From Candidatus Omnitrophota bacterium (GTDB lineage: Bacteria; Omnitrophota; Gorgyraeia; Gygaellales; Profunditerraquicolaceae), in assembly GCA_903852325.1 (NCBI GenBank), contig CAINQO010000080.1, forward strand, positions 2,732 through 66,731: a DNA stretch of 64,000 nucleotides, read 5' to 3'. The position numbers were made by a program, and so were the translations under genes. Positions 1 through 8,663 of the stretch are shown here, in pieces. The notes beneath the pieces were generated by a model, which made no database searches, had not been told where the DNA came from, and saw nothing but the letters and a program-made list of their open reading frames with translations. The first letter of the stretch is position 1. Each line of letters opens with the position of its first letter.

Positions 1-169
1 CTACCTGTATGCCGTCGCCGATTACCCGTATCTAAACGGGGTAGTGCCGCAAAGCGATTGCCCGCACGCCCGGGCCCTGGCCCGCAGCGCGATCACCGTA
101 AGCACCAGCAAATTTTTAAAAAAAACCGATATTGATAATGTGGTTAAAGAACTGGAAAGGATTTTATGA
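1..169 (+). CDS. 3' end of an upstream CDS (last ~55 codons, frame 2). The product is unknown, and its C-terminus loosely resembles a DegT/sugar aminotransferase-like tail.
   Basis: An open frame runs from the window edge to the TGA at 167-169. That stop overlaps the ATG at 166 in an ATGA arrangement, which suggests co-transcription. Confidence 0.35.
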   Translation, partial: YLYAVADYPYLNGVVPQSDCPHARALARSAITVSTSKFLKKTDIDNVVKELERIL

Positions 170-1029
170 TAATTTTTTCAACTAAAGAAGACAGGCGGAC
201 CGAGGTCAATATCCCGGATACCGGTTTCTTTTTACCGGGAGATAAAAATTTATGTTTTCTCATTCACGGGCTGACCGGCACGGCCAGAGAAATGGGCTCC
301 ATCGCCCAAAGCTTAAACCGCAAAGGATTCTCAGTGGCCTGCCCTTTAATGGCCAACCACAATAAATCCATTTCCTGTCTTAAGCGTACCAGCTGGGAAG
401 AAATTTACCGGTCTATCCGGGAAGTATTCCTGCAGCATCGGGATAATTACGAAAAAATATTTGTGGCGGGTTTATCTTTCGGCGCCCTGATCGGCATACT
501 GCTGGCGGAGGAATTCCCCGAGAAAGTAAAAGCCGTGAATTGTTTTTCCCCCACCCTTTTTTTTGACGGATGGGCCAATCCGAAATTGAGAATCCTTCTG
601 CCTCTCACCTACGTCACTCCGTTAAAATATTATTTTTACCTGAAAGAAGGATACCCTTACGGGATCAAAAACCAGCGCCTGCGTTCAAGGATAGAAAGTT
701 TTTACGCCAAATCGGATTTATTCGATTACGGTAAGGTGCACCTTTACGGCTACCCGGTGATCCCGGTATCGAATATGTACCAGAATTACCGGCTGGCGAA
801 AAAAGTAATGCGCTTACTTCCCCGGGTCAGGACCCCGATCCAGCTGCTCCAGGCCAAGGAAGATGACGTGACCAGCCCGAAGAATTCTTTTTATATCCGC
901 GACCATATCGGTTCGGAAGATAAAACGGTGGTCCTGTTCGAAAATTCATACCACATCATTATTGCCGACCAGGAAAGAGATAAAGTCGCGGAAAAAACAG
1001 TGGCTTTTTTTGAAAAATATAAGGCTTAA
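166..1029 (+). CDS. alpha/beta-hydrolase fold esterase/lipase (carboxylesterase-like)
   Basis: There is an HGLTG oxyanion-hole-like motif and a GLSFG (GxSxG) nucleophile elbow. The 287-aa length is typical. Confidence 0.7.
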   Translation: MIIFSTKEDRRTEVNIPDTGFFLPGDKNLCFLIHGLTGTAREMGSIAQSLNRKGFSVACPLMANHNKSISCLKRTSWEEIYRSIREVFLQHRDNYEKIFVAGLSFGALIGILLAEEFPEKVKAVNCFSPTLFFDGWANPKLRILLPLTYVTPLKYYFYLKEGYPYGIKNQRLRSRIESFYAKSDLFDYGKVHLYGYPVIPVSNMYQNYRLAKKVMRLLPRVRTPIQLLQAKEDDVTSPKNSFYIRDHIGSEDKTVVLFENSYHIIIADQERDKVAEKTVAFFEKYKA

Positions 1030-1952
1030 GCGAATATTTCTTGAAGGATGTCCAGGTTGGTCTTTTCGTTCACCCGCAGGATCTCTTCTTCGGTAAAACC
1101 CTGTGCCGCCGGATGCCGGGGATGGTCCAGCCGGGAAACCCATCCTTTGATCCTGCCGGAAAAACAAGGGGCGGAATAATCCCCGGTAACATCCAAACCG
1201 ATAATCTCCAGGTTCTCCCGCAGCACCCTGAGCATAGTGAGCAGCTGCTCTAAACGCAGGCACCCTTCCTCCCAGTTGGTCAACGCGAAATCTTTGGTCA
1301 GGCAATCTTTATCGATGGAAATATAAACTCTGCGCTCAGGCAGGCGTTTAATCAATCCCAGGGTAAACTGCGCTAAACCGGTGTTTTCCAGCTGGCTCCA
1401 GGAAATTTGTGTGGAAAAAAAATTCTTTTTTGCGGCAAGGGAATAATTCGAAGCGACCTTGCGCAGATAAACCCGGCTTGGGGAATGGCGGTAAGGATAA
1501 ATCTCCAGGCGGTTATGGGCTAAAGCGCCCAGGCCGGCGGATTGCAGCGCCGGACCGTTTAAGTCCTGCGACCCCATTCCGATCAAAATACATTTAGTGA
1601 TATTTTTATTTTTCAAGGCCTGAGTGACCCAGGAACCGCAGCCAAAACGCGGGGGCAGCCCGTCCCAGTCAGGATGGAAATCGAACACCACCAAAGTCGC
1701 CGGAGAACCGATCCGGCTGGTTAATATTTCGCTGATGTGGTGAAAATCCCCGGAGCCGGTAAAAGTGGGGTGATTTTCCGCGGGGGGAATGAGCGAGGAA
1801 ATTTTATGGCGCAAGGAGGCGGAACAGTAAAGCCGGGCGCTGCCGGAAAACCCGGTCAGGTCGGTAATCCGGGAGGAATAACAAGACAGAAGCTGTTTTT
1901 GCCGGATAACGCTATTATCAAAATTCAAAATACGGATAACCTTATCCAGCAT
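1026..1952 (-). CDS. arginase/agmatinase (ureohydrolase) family protein
   Basis: Motifs GSGDFHH (GGDHS-like), FDFHPD (DAHxD-like) and SIDKDCL (SxDxDxxDP-like) lie in the order seen in binuclear-Mn ureohydrolases. Confidence 0.5.
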   Translation of the reverse strand: MLDKVIRILNFDNSVIRQKQLLSCYSSRITDLTGFSGSARLYCSASLRHKISSLIPPAENHPTFTGSGDFHHISEILTSRIGSPATLVVFDFHPDWDGLPPRFGCGSWVTQALKNKNITKCILIGMGSQDLNGPALQSAGLGALAHNRLEIYPYRHSPSRVYLRKVASNYSLAAKKNFFSTQISWSQLENTGLAQFTLGLIKRLPERRVYISIDKDCLTKDFALTNWEEGCLRLEQLLTMLRVLRENLEIIGLDVTGDYSAPCFSGRIKGWVSRLDHPRHPAAQGFTEEEILRVNEKTNLDILQEIFA

Positions 1953-1960
1953 ATACCGCT

Positions 1961-3373
1961 TTAGGACTTCTTCAATGCTCTAATCAGCGCCTCTTCGAAA
2001 AGCTCCACTCCCAGGTTGATCTCTTCTTCCGTGATATAAAATGACGGGGCAATGGTAAAAACGTTTTTATAATACCCGCCCACGTCCAGGATCAGGCCGC
2101 GGCGCTTTCCGCCGGTATTAAGCGTCCCGCTTAATCCCAGGTTAGTGATCTTATCGGTCAGCTCTTTATTCGGAGTATAGCCGTCCTTTTCGCAAATCTC
2201 GATCCTTAAAGCCAGGCCCAGGCCGTCCACATCCCCGATCTGCGGATATTTTTTCTGCAGTTTTTTAAGCTGGGAGACGAAATACTGGCCTTTACGCGGA
2301 ATGGAGGTCGAAAAATCCGATTCCTCGATCAGCTTCATTACCTCCAGGCCGCAAGCGGTGCCCAGGGGATTACTGGAAAATGTCGCATGGGTAGAGCCCG
2401 GAGGAAAAACAGCGGGAGAAATTAATTTTTCTTTGGCCCAAACCCCGCTGATCGGGTTTAGCCCGTTGGTCAAAGCCTTACCGAAAACCAGGATATCCGG
2501 GGTAATGTTGAAATGCTCAATCGCCCAGAATTTTCCGGTACGATAGAAACCCATCTGAATTTCATCGTCGATAAAAAGGATCCCGTACCGGTCAAGGATC
2601 TCCTTTAGCCCGGCGTAATATTCCTGAGGCGGCACGATGTAGCCGCCGGTTCCCTGGATGGCTTCCGCGTAAAAAGCGGCAAATTCACACTTATTGTTCT
2701 TTTTATTGACTACCGAATAATACTCTGTTTCAAAAAGCCTTTCAAACTGCTTGAGGCAATAAAGGTCGCAAAAATCCCTTTTTTTGTCATAGGGGCAGCG
2801 GAAACAATAAGGATAAGGGACGAACATCGCCCGGTCCCCGAAATGCCCGAAACGCTCCCGGTAACGGAAGCTGGAAGTGATTGCCGAGGCCCCCAGAGTG
2901 CGGCCGTGATAACCGCCCATAAAAGCAAAGACCAGGCTCCGGCCGGAATAATTCCGCACTAATTTCAAGGAATCTTCCAGGGCGCTGGAACCGCCGACAT
3001 TAAAATGGATCCTTCCTTTTTCTTCGAAAGTGCGTTCATTTTTTTGCGCCAATTTTGCGGCCAGCTCGATCTTCTCCCGATGAAGATACTGGCAGGCCAG
3101 CTGGGGCAGGATATCGATCTGGTTCTTTAAAGCGGTATTGAGCCGTTCATTCCGGTAGCCGAAATTTGCCGCCGAATACCACATCTGCAAATCCAGGTAT
3201 TCCGTCCCCTGGCGGTCATAAAGATAGCTGCCTTGGGAGCTTTGGAATATGTTTAATTTATCGGCATAATGCACCGTATCCCCCCAGGAGCAGTATTTTG
3301 CCTCCAGTTCCAGCAGTTCATCCTGGTTAAAAACTTTTTTGTTTTTTTCTTTAGTCATTTGTTTTGGGCTCAC
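1961..3373 (-). CDS. class III (omega) PLP-dependent aminotransferase
   Basis: GGYHGRT is present, and DDEIQMGFYRTGKFWA...FGKAL matches the class-III lysine-PLP region. Confidence 0.8.
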   Translation of the reverse strand: MSPKQMTKEKNKKVFNQDELLELEAKYCSWGDTVHYADKLNIFQSSQGSYLYDRQGTEYLDLQMWYSAANFGYRNERLNTALKNQIDILPQLACQYLHREKIELAAKLAQKNERTFEEKGRIHFNVGGSSALEDSLKLVRNYSGRSLVFAFMGGYHGRTLGASAITSSFRYRERFGHFGDRAMFVPYPYCFRCPYDKKRDFCDLYCLKQFERLFETEYYSVVNKKNNKCEFAAFYAEAIQGTGGYIVPPQEYYAGLKEILDRYGILFIDDEIQMGFYRTGKFWAIEHFNITPDILVFGKALTNGLNPISGVWAKEKLISPAVFPPGSTHATFSSNPLGTACGLEVMKLIEESDFSTSIPRKGQYFVSQLKKLQKKYPQIGDVDGLGLALRIEICEKDGYTPNKELTDKITNLGLSGTLNTGGKRRGLILDVGGYYKNVFTIAPSFYITEEEINLGVELFEEALIRALKKS

Positions 3374-4041
3374 TGTAGTTTCCTTTTTAAATAGGTGTTA
3401 ACATCCCTTAAATTATGAAACCCCATATAATCCAACTTGCTTTCCTTAAGGTGCCGCAGGAGATGGTCCTTGGCAAAGATCACGTGCGCGTGTTTGGCCG
3501 GGCAGATATCCGATTCACCGTCTCCGACATAAATAATTATAGAATCCTTGGGTGATTTTTCCAGCAGATTTTTTGTCTTGCAGTGCGCGCAAATCTGGCA
3601 ATCCTTATTTTTATACGGGTAATCGGTAACGATTTTTTCCCGGGAGAAACTCAGCTTATTGGCGTAAACCTTCAGCTTATTTATGCCGTTCATTTTTAAC
3701 ACCCGGTTAAGGATATAATCGTAATTATCGCTCAATACCAGCATTTTTACTTTTTTAGCCAGCAAAAATTTATAGAGCGGTTTAAAATAAGCATCCAGTT
3801 TTATTTTCGGCAGATAAGCGTCTAAGGTCTTTTTGTTTAAATCCATCCCCCGCAGCTGCCCCTCCAGGCAGGTCTTGGAGCCGATCCTCCCGCTTTTCCA
3901 TCTTTTTTCCAGTTCCACCCATCGGTCATCCCGGGAAAAAAGCAAAAGCATGTTATCAAACACATCGCAGGTAGCGATAGTGTTGTCAAAATCAAAAAAG
4001 ACGATGCATTTTTTAGGATTAAATTTATTTTCCGGTGTCAT
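3370..4041 (-). CDS. HAD-IB phosphatase, MtnX-like (2-hydroxy-3-keto-5-methylthiopentenyl-1-phosphate phosphatase family)
   Basis: It has an FDFDNTI motif I, a YVGDGESD motif, and a CxxCxxCK cysteine cluster like B. subtilis MtnX. Confidence 0.55.
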   Translation of the reverse strand: MTPENKFNPKKCIVFFDFDNTIATCDVFDNMLLLFSRDDRWVELEKRWKSGRIGSKTCLEGQLRGMDLNKKTLDAYLPKIKLDAYFKPLYKFLLAKKVKMLVLSDNYDYILNRVLKMNGINKLKVYANKLSFSREKIVTDYPYKNKDCQICAHCKTKNLLEKSPKDSIIIYVGDGESDICPAKHAHVIFAKDHLLRHLKESKLDYMGFHNLRDVNTYLKRKLQ

Positions 4042-4266
4042 TTTAATAATTCTTAAGCATCCCTGTCTTAATGGGTTAAATTGCTGGCTAAAATCAACTC
4101 TGGCGATAAACCCGGTTTAGCCTGGGGCTTCTGGCGCGACAAGCCTGCTCTCCCTGGAACCTTCCCGAGTGAATCGAGGGCTTTAGGGTGGTGATCCAAG
4201 CGGCGCTTTTGAACCTAAAGCCTGAAGGCCGGGTTTGGCGCCGTTGAACAATCTAGCGGTTTAATT

Positions 4267-4295
4267 ATTTTAAACCTAACCGCAAATGCTGTCAA
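4267..4295 (-). promoter_or_regulatory. sigma70-type promoter (TTGACA-17 nt-TAAAAT) followed by a ~210-nt untranslated leader before the mtnX-like gene
   Basis: The minus strand reads TTGACA (4295-4290), then gcatttgcggttaggtt (17 nt), then TAAAAT (4272-4267). Confidence 0.45.
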
Positions 4296-4348
4296 TACCA
4301 ATTTAACCCCTGAAACCGGAGCCGAAAGCGCAAAAAACGGGTTTTTTC

Positions 4349-5350
4349 TTAAAAAACCCCCGGCAAATAAGTGCGGCAGGAGACGCACTTATTTTTGGCT
4401 AAGTGGGATTCCGAAATATCAAACCCCTCCCGCTTGATCAAAAGCTTGCGGCACCGGGAACAAAAGGTATCCTGCCCCCACGACCCGAAATTGCCCACGT
4501 AAATGTAATGTAACCCCTGGGCAATCCCGATATCATAAGCCAGCTTTAGCGTGCCCTCCGGAGTACTCTGGTAGTTTTGAAATTTGTAATCCGCGTGAAA
4601 ACGCGAAATGTGCCAGGGGATCTCCCGGCTTACTCCGGCAATAAATTTGGCGATTGCCTCCAGCTCCTCGGGGGCATCATTTTCCCCGGGAATAACCAAA
4701 GTGGTGATCTCCACCCAAACCCCGGCAGCATGCAGCATTTTTATTGCCTCAAGCACCGGAGCCAGCCTGGCGGAACATATCTTTTGATAAGAAGCTTCTT
4801 TAAAGAATTTTAGATCGACATTGGCCGCATCCAGATAGGGGCTAACCTCAGCAATTGCCTCCGGGCTCATATATCCGTTGGTGACGAATATATTGCGCAG
4901 ACCGGATTCCTTGGCCAGCTTAGCTGTTTCTAACGCGAACTCAAAATAGATCGTCGGCTCGGTATAGGTATAAGCGATGCTGCGGCAATTATTCCGGCGG
5001 GCCAGCTCCACCACCTGTTTGGCGGTGAAATCCTCTCCCCCGGGCGGCCCGGAGGAAGCGGCCTGGGAAATCTCCCAATTCTGGCAAAAGCCGCAGCGGA
5101 AATTACATCCTGCGCTGGCGATCGAAAAAGCGGTTGTTCCGGGAAGAAAATGATACAACGGTTTCTTTTCCACCGGATCGATATGGGCCGCCGCGATCTT
5201 GCCGTAATTAAGGGTATAAAGTACCCCGGAGATATTCTGCCTTACCCCGCAAAAACCGGATTTACCCTCCGGAATTTTACAGCCGTGCGCGCAAAGCTTA
5301 CAGTGCACCTTAAGATTATCCAGTTTTTCATAAAGCTGGGCTTCTTTCAT
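4349..5350 (-). CDS. radical SAM enzyme of the AmrS/PFL-activase-like family (CNFRCGFCQNWEISQ cluster)
   Basis: It carries a CxxxCxxC motif of the AmmeMemoRadiSam-type rSAM. The start was moved to the internal ATG at 5350, which forms an ATGA overlap with the stop of the upstream gene. Confidence 0.7.
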   Translation of the reverse strand: MKEAQLYEKLDNLKVHCKLCAHGCKIPEGKSGFCGVRQNISGVLYTLNYGKIAAAHIDPVEKKPLYHFLPGTTAFSIASAGCNFRCGFCQNWEISQAASSGPPGGEDFTAKQVVELARRNNCRSIAYTYTEPTIYFEFALETAKLAKESGLRNIFVTNGYMSPEAIAEVSPYLDAANVDLKFFKEASYQKICSARLAPVLEAIKMLHAAGVWVEITTLVIPGENDAPEELEAIAKFIAGVSREIPWHISRFHADYKFQNYQSTPEGTLKLAYDIGIAQGLHYIYVGNFGSWGQDTFCSRCRKLLIKREGFDISESHLAKNKCVSCRTYLPGVF

Positions 5351-6330
5351 ACGAATAAATGCACAAACTTTTCTTTGGGCAGGCAAAGCACTGCTTGCCC
5401 CTGCTCCGCTACGGTTCCCGCTTGGCGGTAAAGCACCTCGATTTTATCTAATCCGCGCGTATCCGTGTAAGCACCGACAATCTGGGAAGATAAAAAAATA
5501 AGTTCCGGATTAACCGCTCCCCTGGCCAGCGCGGTAGGGCCGGCCAGGTCTTTTTGCGGGCTGAATAAATGATCCCCGGTTCCGGCCAGTTGTTCCAGGA
5601 GATTATTTTCCCCCTGGTCCCTGCCGACTACCAGGCGGGTATTCTCGGCGATGCGAAAGTGCCGGCCGATTTTCAAGAGCTCCAGGTTCTCTAAATTCAA
5701 TTCTTTGTGCTTCAGGAGTTCGATCAACCTTTTGGAAAAACACGGGTCAGTCAACAGGCAGCCTCCGGCGGGCTGGGCAGCGTAAGCGCTTAAGCCCCAC
5801 TCTTTAGCCAGCCGCATCTGCGGGGTGCGTAAACGGCCGTTAAAACCCAGCAGCTTCTCCCGGTTGACCCACCCTTCTTTTTCCGCTAAGCTGGGAGGGA
5901 AAAACTGCGCCGAAAGCGGACGCAGCAGCAAATCCTCCAGCCCGCTTCTTTCCCGGATCAGCCGCAAGGCCTGTTTATTCTGGGACATCGGCCGCTGGCC
6001 GAGCACCTCTCCGGTGACGACAAACTTAGCCCCCCACTCCGCCATCAATTCTTTGGCCCGGCCAAACATCAGGATCTTGCAATCGATACAGGGGTTCATA
6101 TTCGAACCAAACCCATAGCGCGGTTCTTCGATAAGCTTGAGGAACTGCCGCCCCAAGTCTTCCTCCATTATTTTTATACCGATATCCGGGAAACTCTCTT
6201 TAAGATTGATCTTACAGAAAGGGATTTTAAAATGCAGCCCGATCACTTCGCATCCCTGGTCGGAAATAAGCTTGGCGGCCAATAAACTATCCAGGCCTCC
6301 GGAAATCAAAGCTAACGCTCTTATCTTCAT
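5347..6330 (-). CDS. PP-loop ATP pyrophosphatase, ThiI/MnmA-like sulfurtransferase domain without THUMP
   Basis: SGGLDS PP-loop at the N-terminus. EVIGLHF resembles ThiI, NPCIDCK resembles the MnmA cysteine motif, and TGEVLGQRPMSQ resembles ThiI. Confidence 0.5.
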   Translation of the reverse strand: MKIRALALISGGLDSLLAAKLISDQGCEVIGLHFKIPFCKINLKESFPDIGIKIMEEDLGRQFLKLIEEPRYGFGSNMNPCIDCKILMFGRAKELMAEWGAKFVVTGEVLGQRPMSQNKQALRLIRERSGLEDLLLRPLSAQFFPPSLAEKEGWVNREKLLGFNGRLRTPQMRLAKEWGLSAYAAQPAGGCLLTDPCFSKRLIELLKHKELNLENLELLKIGRHFRIAENTRLVVGRDQGENNLLEQLAGTGDHLFSPQKDLAGPTALARGAVNPELIFLSSQIVGAYTDTRGLDKIEVLYRQAGTVAEQGQAVLCLPKEKFVHLFV

Positions 6331-6347
6331 CGAATTTATTTAAAAGG

Positions 6348-7088
6348 TTAACAAGGTAAGAATTTTTTGGCGGCAGCCATTAAGATGATGCCCAGCAAGA
6401 AAGCGGCAAAAGCCAAAGTGGCGCGCTGCTGGTCTTTTTCTTTATGTACTTCCGGGATAAGGTCAGACATCGCGATATAGATAAATCCTCCGGCGGTGAG
6501 CGGCATGATAAATTGGGCGAAGTTTACCATAAGATCGGAAATAAAATAACCCGCCAGCGCCCCGACGATCGCCATCAGCGCGCAAACAAAATTATAAAAT
6601 AAGGCTTTTTTACGGCTAAACCCGCCGAAAATAAGCACTCCGAAATTCCCCAGCTCTTTGGGAATCTCATGCAGGATGATCGCCAGTGTGGTGATCATCC
6701 CCAGCTTAATGGAAATAACAAAACTGGCGGCAATGGCGATACCGTCGATAAAATTGTGGAAGGCTTCCCCGAAAAGGTTGAGGTAGGTAAAAGCGTGGAT
6801 ATGGCAGTCCTTATCGTGGCAATGCCTCCAATGCATATACCTTTCCATCAGGAAAAATATAATGATCCCCAGGATCAGGGAATAAAACACGCTGCTACTG
6901 TTTAATTTTTCGAGCGCTTCCGGAAGGAGATGCAAGAACGCGCTGCCCACAAGTGCCCCGGCGGAAAAACCGATCAGGCCGAACAGGATCTTATGCAGCA
7001 GGTTCTCCCTGATCGCCAGGGTAAAAATGCCGACCAGAGAGATAAGGCTGACTAAAAATGTGCTGGCGAGGATCCAGAGTAAGACCAT
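6348..7088 (-). CDS. ZIP family divalent metal transporter (ZupT-like)
   Basis: Multi-TM protein with a His-rich loop and the HEIPKELGNFGVL / HNFIDGIAIA ZIP signatures. Confidence 0.8.
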   Translation of the reverse strand: MVLLWILASTFLVSLISLVGIFTLAIRENLLHKILFGLIGFSAGALVGSAFLHLLPEALEKLNSSSVFYSLILGIIIFFLMERYMHWRHCHDKDCHIHAFTYLNLFGEAFHNFIDGIAIAASFVISIKLGMITTLAIILHEIPKELGNFGVLIFGGFSRKKALFYNFVCALMAIVGALAGYFISDLMVNFAQFIMPLTAGGFIYIAMSDLIPEVHKEKDQQRATLAFAAFLLGIILMAAAKKFLPC

Positions 7089-7231
7089 CTGTAGGAATTT
7101 AGCCTAAATTAGGTTTTCTGCCTTTATTGGCTTTTTTGGAGCGCCAATTAAGTTTGCCTCTACGTTTTCTTTTTCCCATTTTTTCCTTTCTTAAACCTGC
7201 TGTTTATAGTGTCAAACACCTGTCCCCCGAC

Positions 7232-7876
7232 CTAACTCCGGGGGCTGCTGTAATACTTCTGCGGCACATTTTGAGCGGTAAAATTACCGGCTTCGGACAG
7301 GCAGTCGTAGATCACCTTGCCCATCGGGGTGCCGGCATAATCACTCAACCCCTCCTTAAACACTTTATCCTGGGGGAATCTTGTTTTTTTCCCCGGATTT
7401 TCCACCACCTGGCTTTGAATGTCCCGGCTGCTGACCACTTCAGAGCTGGCCCGATCGATAATCCGCAGGGAAAGCTGCATATTCGCCTTATTTTGGACCT
7501 CCCCCAACAATCCCCCCATAAAACTGCTGGCGCTGCTGCCTCCGCCGGCCAGGCCGGATTTACCTCCGGAGTTTTCCGGTACGAACTCAATGATCCCGAC
7601 ACTGATGATCAAGTCCGCATCCTGAGGGGGAACGATCACAAAACGCCTGGTATTGTCCAGGATATTGACAAAATATTCTTTCAGCGCCTGGCTGACCTGC
7701 GCGTCAAGCCCGGAAGTCTTTACTTCAAAATCGCTAACGGCGATCTTCGCCTGGGGCCCCAGGTAAGGGCCCTGCTCCGCGGCGGAATTTTCATCGGGTT
7801 TATGCGGCGTCGAAGAACAACCGTTTAAAGCTAATAAAAGGCCGGCGAAGATTAATAACCGAAATTTTTTTTTCAT
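7232..7876 (-). CDS. CsgG-family lipoprotein (curli-type secretion channel homologue, short form)
   Basis: Signal peptide with an LNGC lipobox. Collinear similarity to E. coli CsgG: KIAVSDFEVKTSG, ALKEYFVNILDNTRRFVIVP, IISVGIIEFVPENSGGKSG and LSLRIIDRASSEV. Confidence 0.55.
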   Translation of the reverse strand: MKKKFRLLIFAGLLLALNGCSSTPHKPDENSAAEQGPYLGPQAKIAVSDFEVKTSGLDAQVSQALKEYFVNILDNTRRFVIVPPQDADLIISVGIIEFVPENSGGKSGLAGGGSSASSFMGGLLGEVQNKANMQLSLRIIDRASSEVVSSRDIQSQVVENPGKKTRFPQDKVFKEGLSDYAGTPMGKVIYDCLSEAGNFTAQNVPQKYYSSPRS

Positions 7877-7925
7877 AACGTTTTTAATATATTACCTATT
7901 TCACGGACTGTCAAGGGAAACTCCT

Positions 7926-8564
7926 TTAAACCAATCTATCCAGGGAGTCGAGGGAAGCGATGATCTTAAAGGGGGCTTCTTTTTTGATCTGCGCCTTGCT
8001 GCTGGAACCTCCGGTGACAATAATGGTGCTGATTCCCGCCCGGCGCCCGGCCTGGGCATCGATCACCATATCCCCCACATAAATGGCTTGCGCTTTCTTC
8101 AATCCAGAACGTTTCACTATTTTATTTAACATTTCCGGGTGAGGTTTACCGTGGGCCGCCTGGTCGGCGCAAAGCACATCATCGAAAAAATGCTCTATCT
8201 TCAGGTGCTTTAAAAGGATATGCGAAAATTTATTGGGACGGTTACTGGCAATCGCCAGCCGGCAACCCTTTGCCTTTAGTTTACGCAAAACCCGGCGCAC
8301 AAACGGAAGCAGGTGAGAGTATTTAAGCAGGCTCTTTTGATGATGCCTCCGGTATAAGTTTAACGCGTTTTTTAGATCCGCGGCGGGGACAAAAGGCTTA
8401 AGCAGGTTGCGGTCCCCCCACCCCACCAAACGCCGCACAGTGCCGGTACTTTTAGTCTTTAAGCCCAGCCGGCGCATCACAAAATTGAAACTCTCACCGA
8501 TCGCCGTGTAGGCATCGACCAGGGTGCCGTCTAAATCAAAAATAATTAATTTAACTTCTTGCAT
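7926..8564 (-). CDS. HAD-IA hydrolase (phosphoglycolate phosphatase-like)
   Basis: IIFDLDGTLVD motif I is present, the C-terminal region contains GDMVIDAQAGRRAG, and the size is 212 aa. Confidence 0.7.
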   Translation of the reverse strand: MQEVKLIIFDLDGTLVDAYTAIGESFNFVMRRLGLKTKSTGTVRRLVGWGDRNLLKPFVPAADLKNALNLYRRHHQKSLLKYSHLLPFVRRVLRKLKAKGCRLAIASNRPNKFSHILLKHLKIEHFFDDVLCADQAAHGKPHPEMLNKIVKRSGLKKAQAIYVGDMVIDAQAGRRAGISTIIVTGGSSSKAQIKKEAPFKIIASLDSLDRLV

Positions 8565-8663
8565 CGTAAATGGGCTTGAAAAATTTAGGCAGGGTTAAGA
8601 ACCCTGCCTAAAAATTGTATTTAATAAATTTATCCCTGAAAATACCCTAAAAAAACCAGCCTT

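Noticed and set aside
4042-4348. Possible SRP (4.5S) RNA or c-di-GMP-I riboswitch, because of GGAAGG ... AGCAG and GCCAAACC-like strings
   Set aside because: The spacing between the motifs does not match either consensus, and no GNRA-capped helix 8 or GEMM-like tandem hairpins could be built by hand. It is kept only as an unclassified structured leader.
4349-6330. A complete AmmeMemoRadiSam system
   Set aside because: Only the radical SAM component is present. No AMMECR1 or MEMO1 homologue is in the neighbourhood.
7127-7828. 233-aa plus-strand ORF antisense to the CsgG-like gene
   Set aside because: It is a Gly/Arg/Pro-rich low-complexity translation of the opposite strand of a well-supported CDS with no start context. 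Similar antisense or shadow ORFs were discarded at 946-1305, 9567-9953, 15389-15736, 17703-18482, 20473-21045, 52189-52710, 53095-53508, 55711-56259 and 57402-57779.
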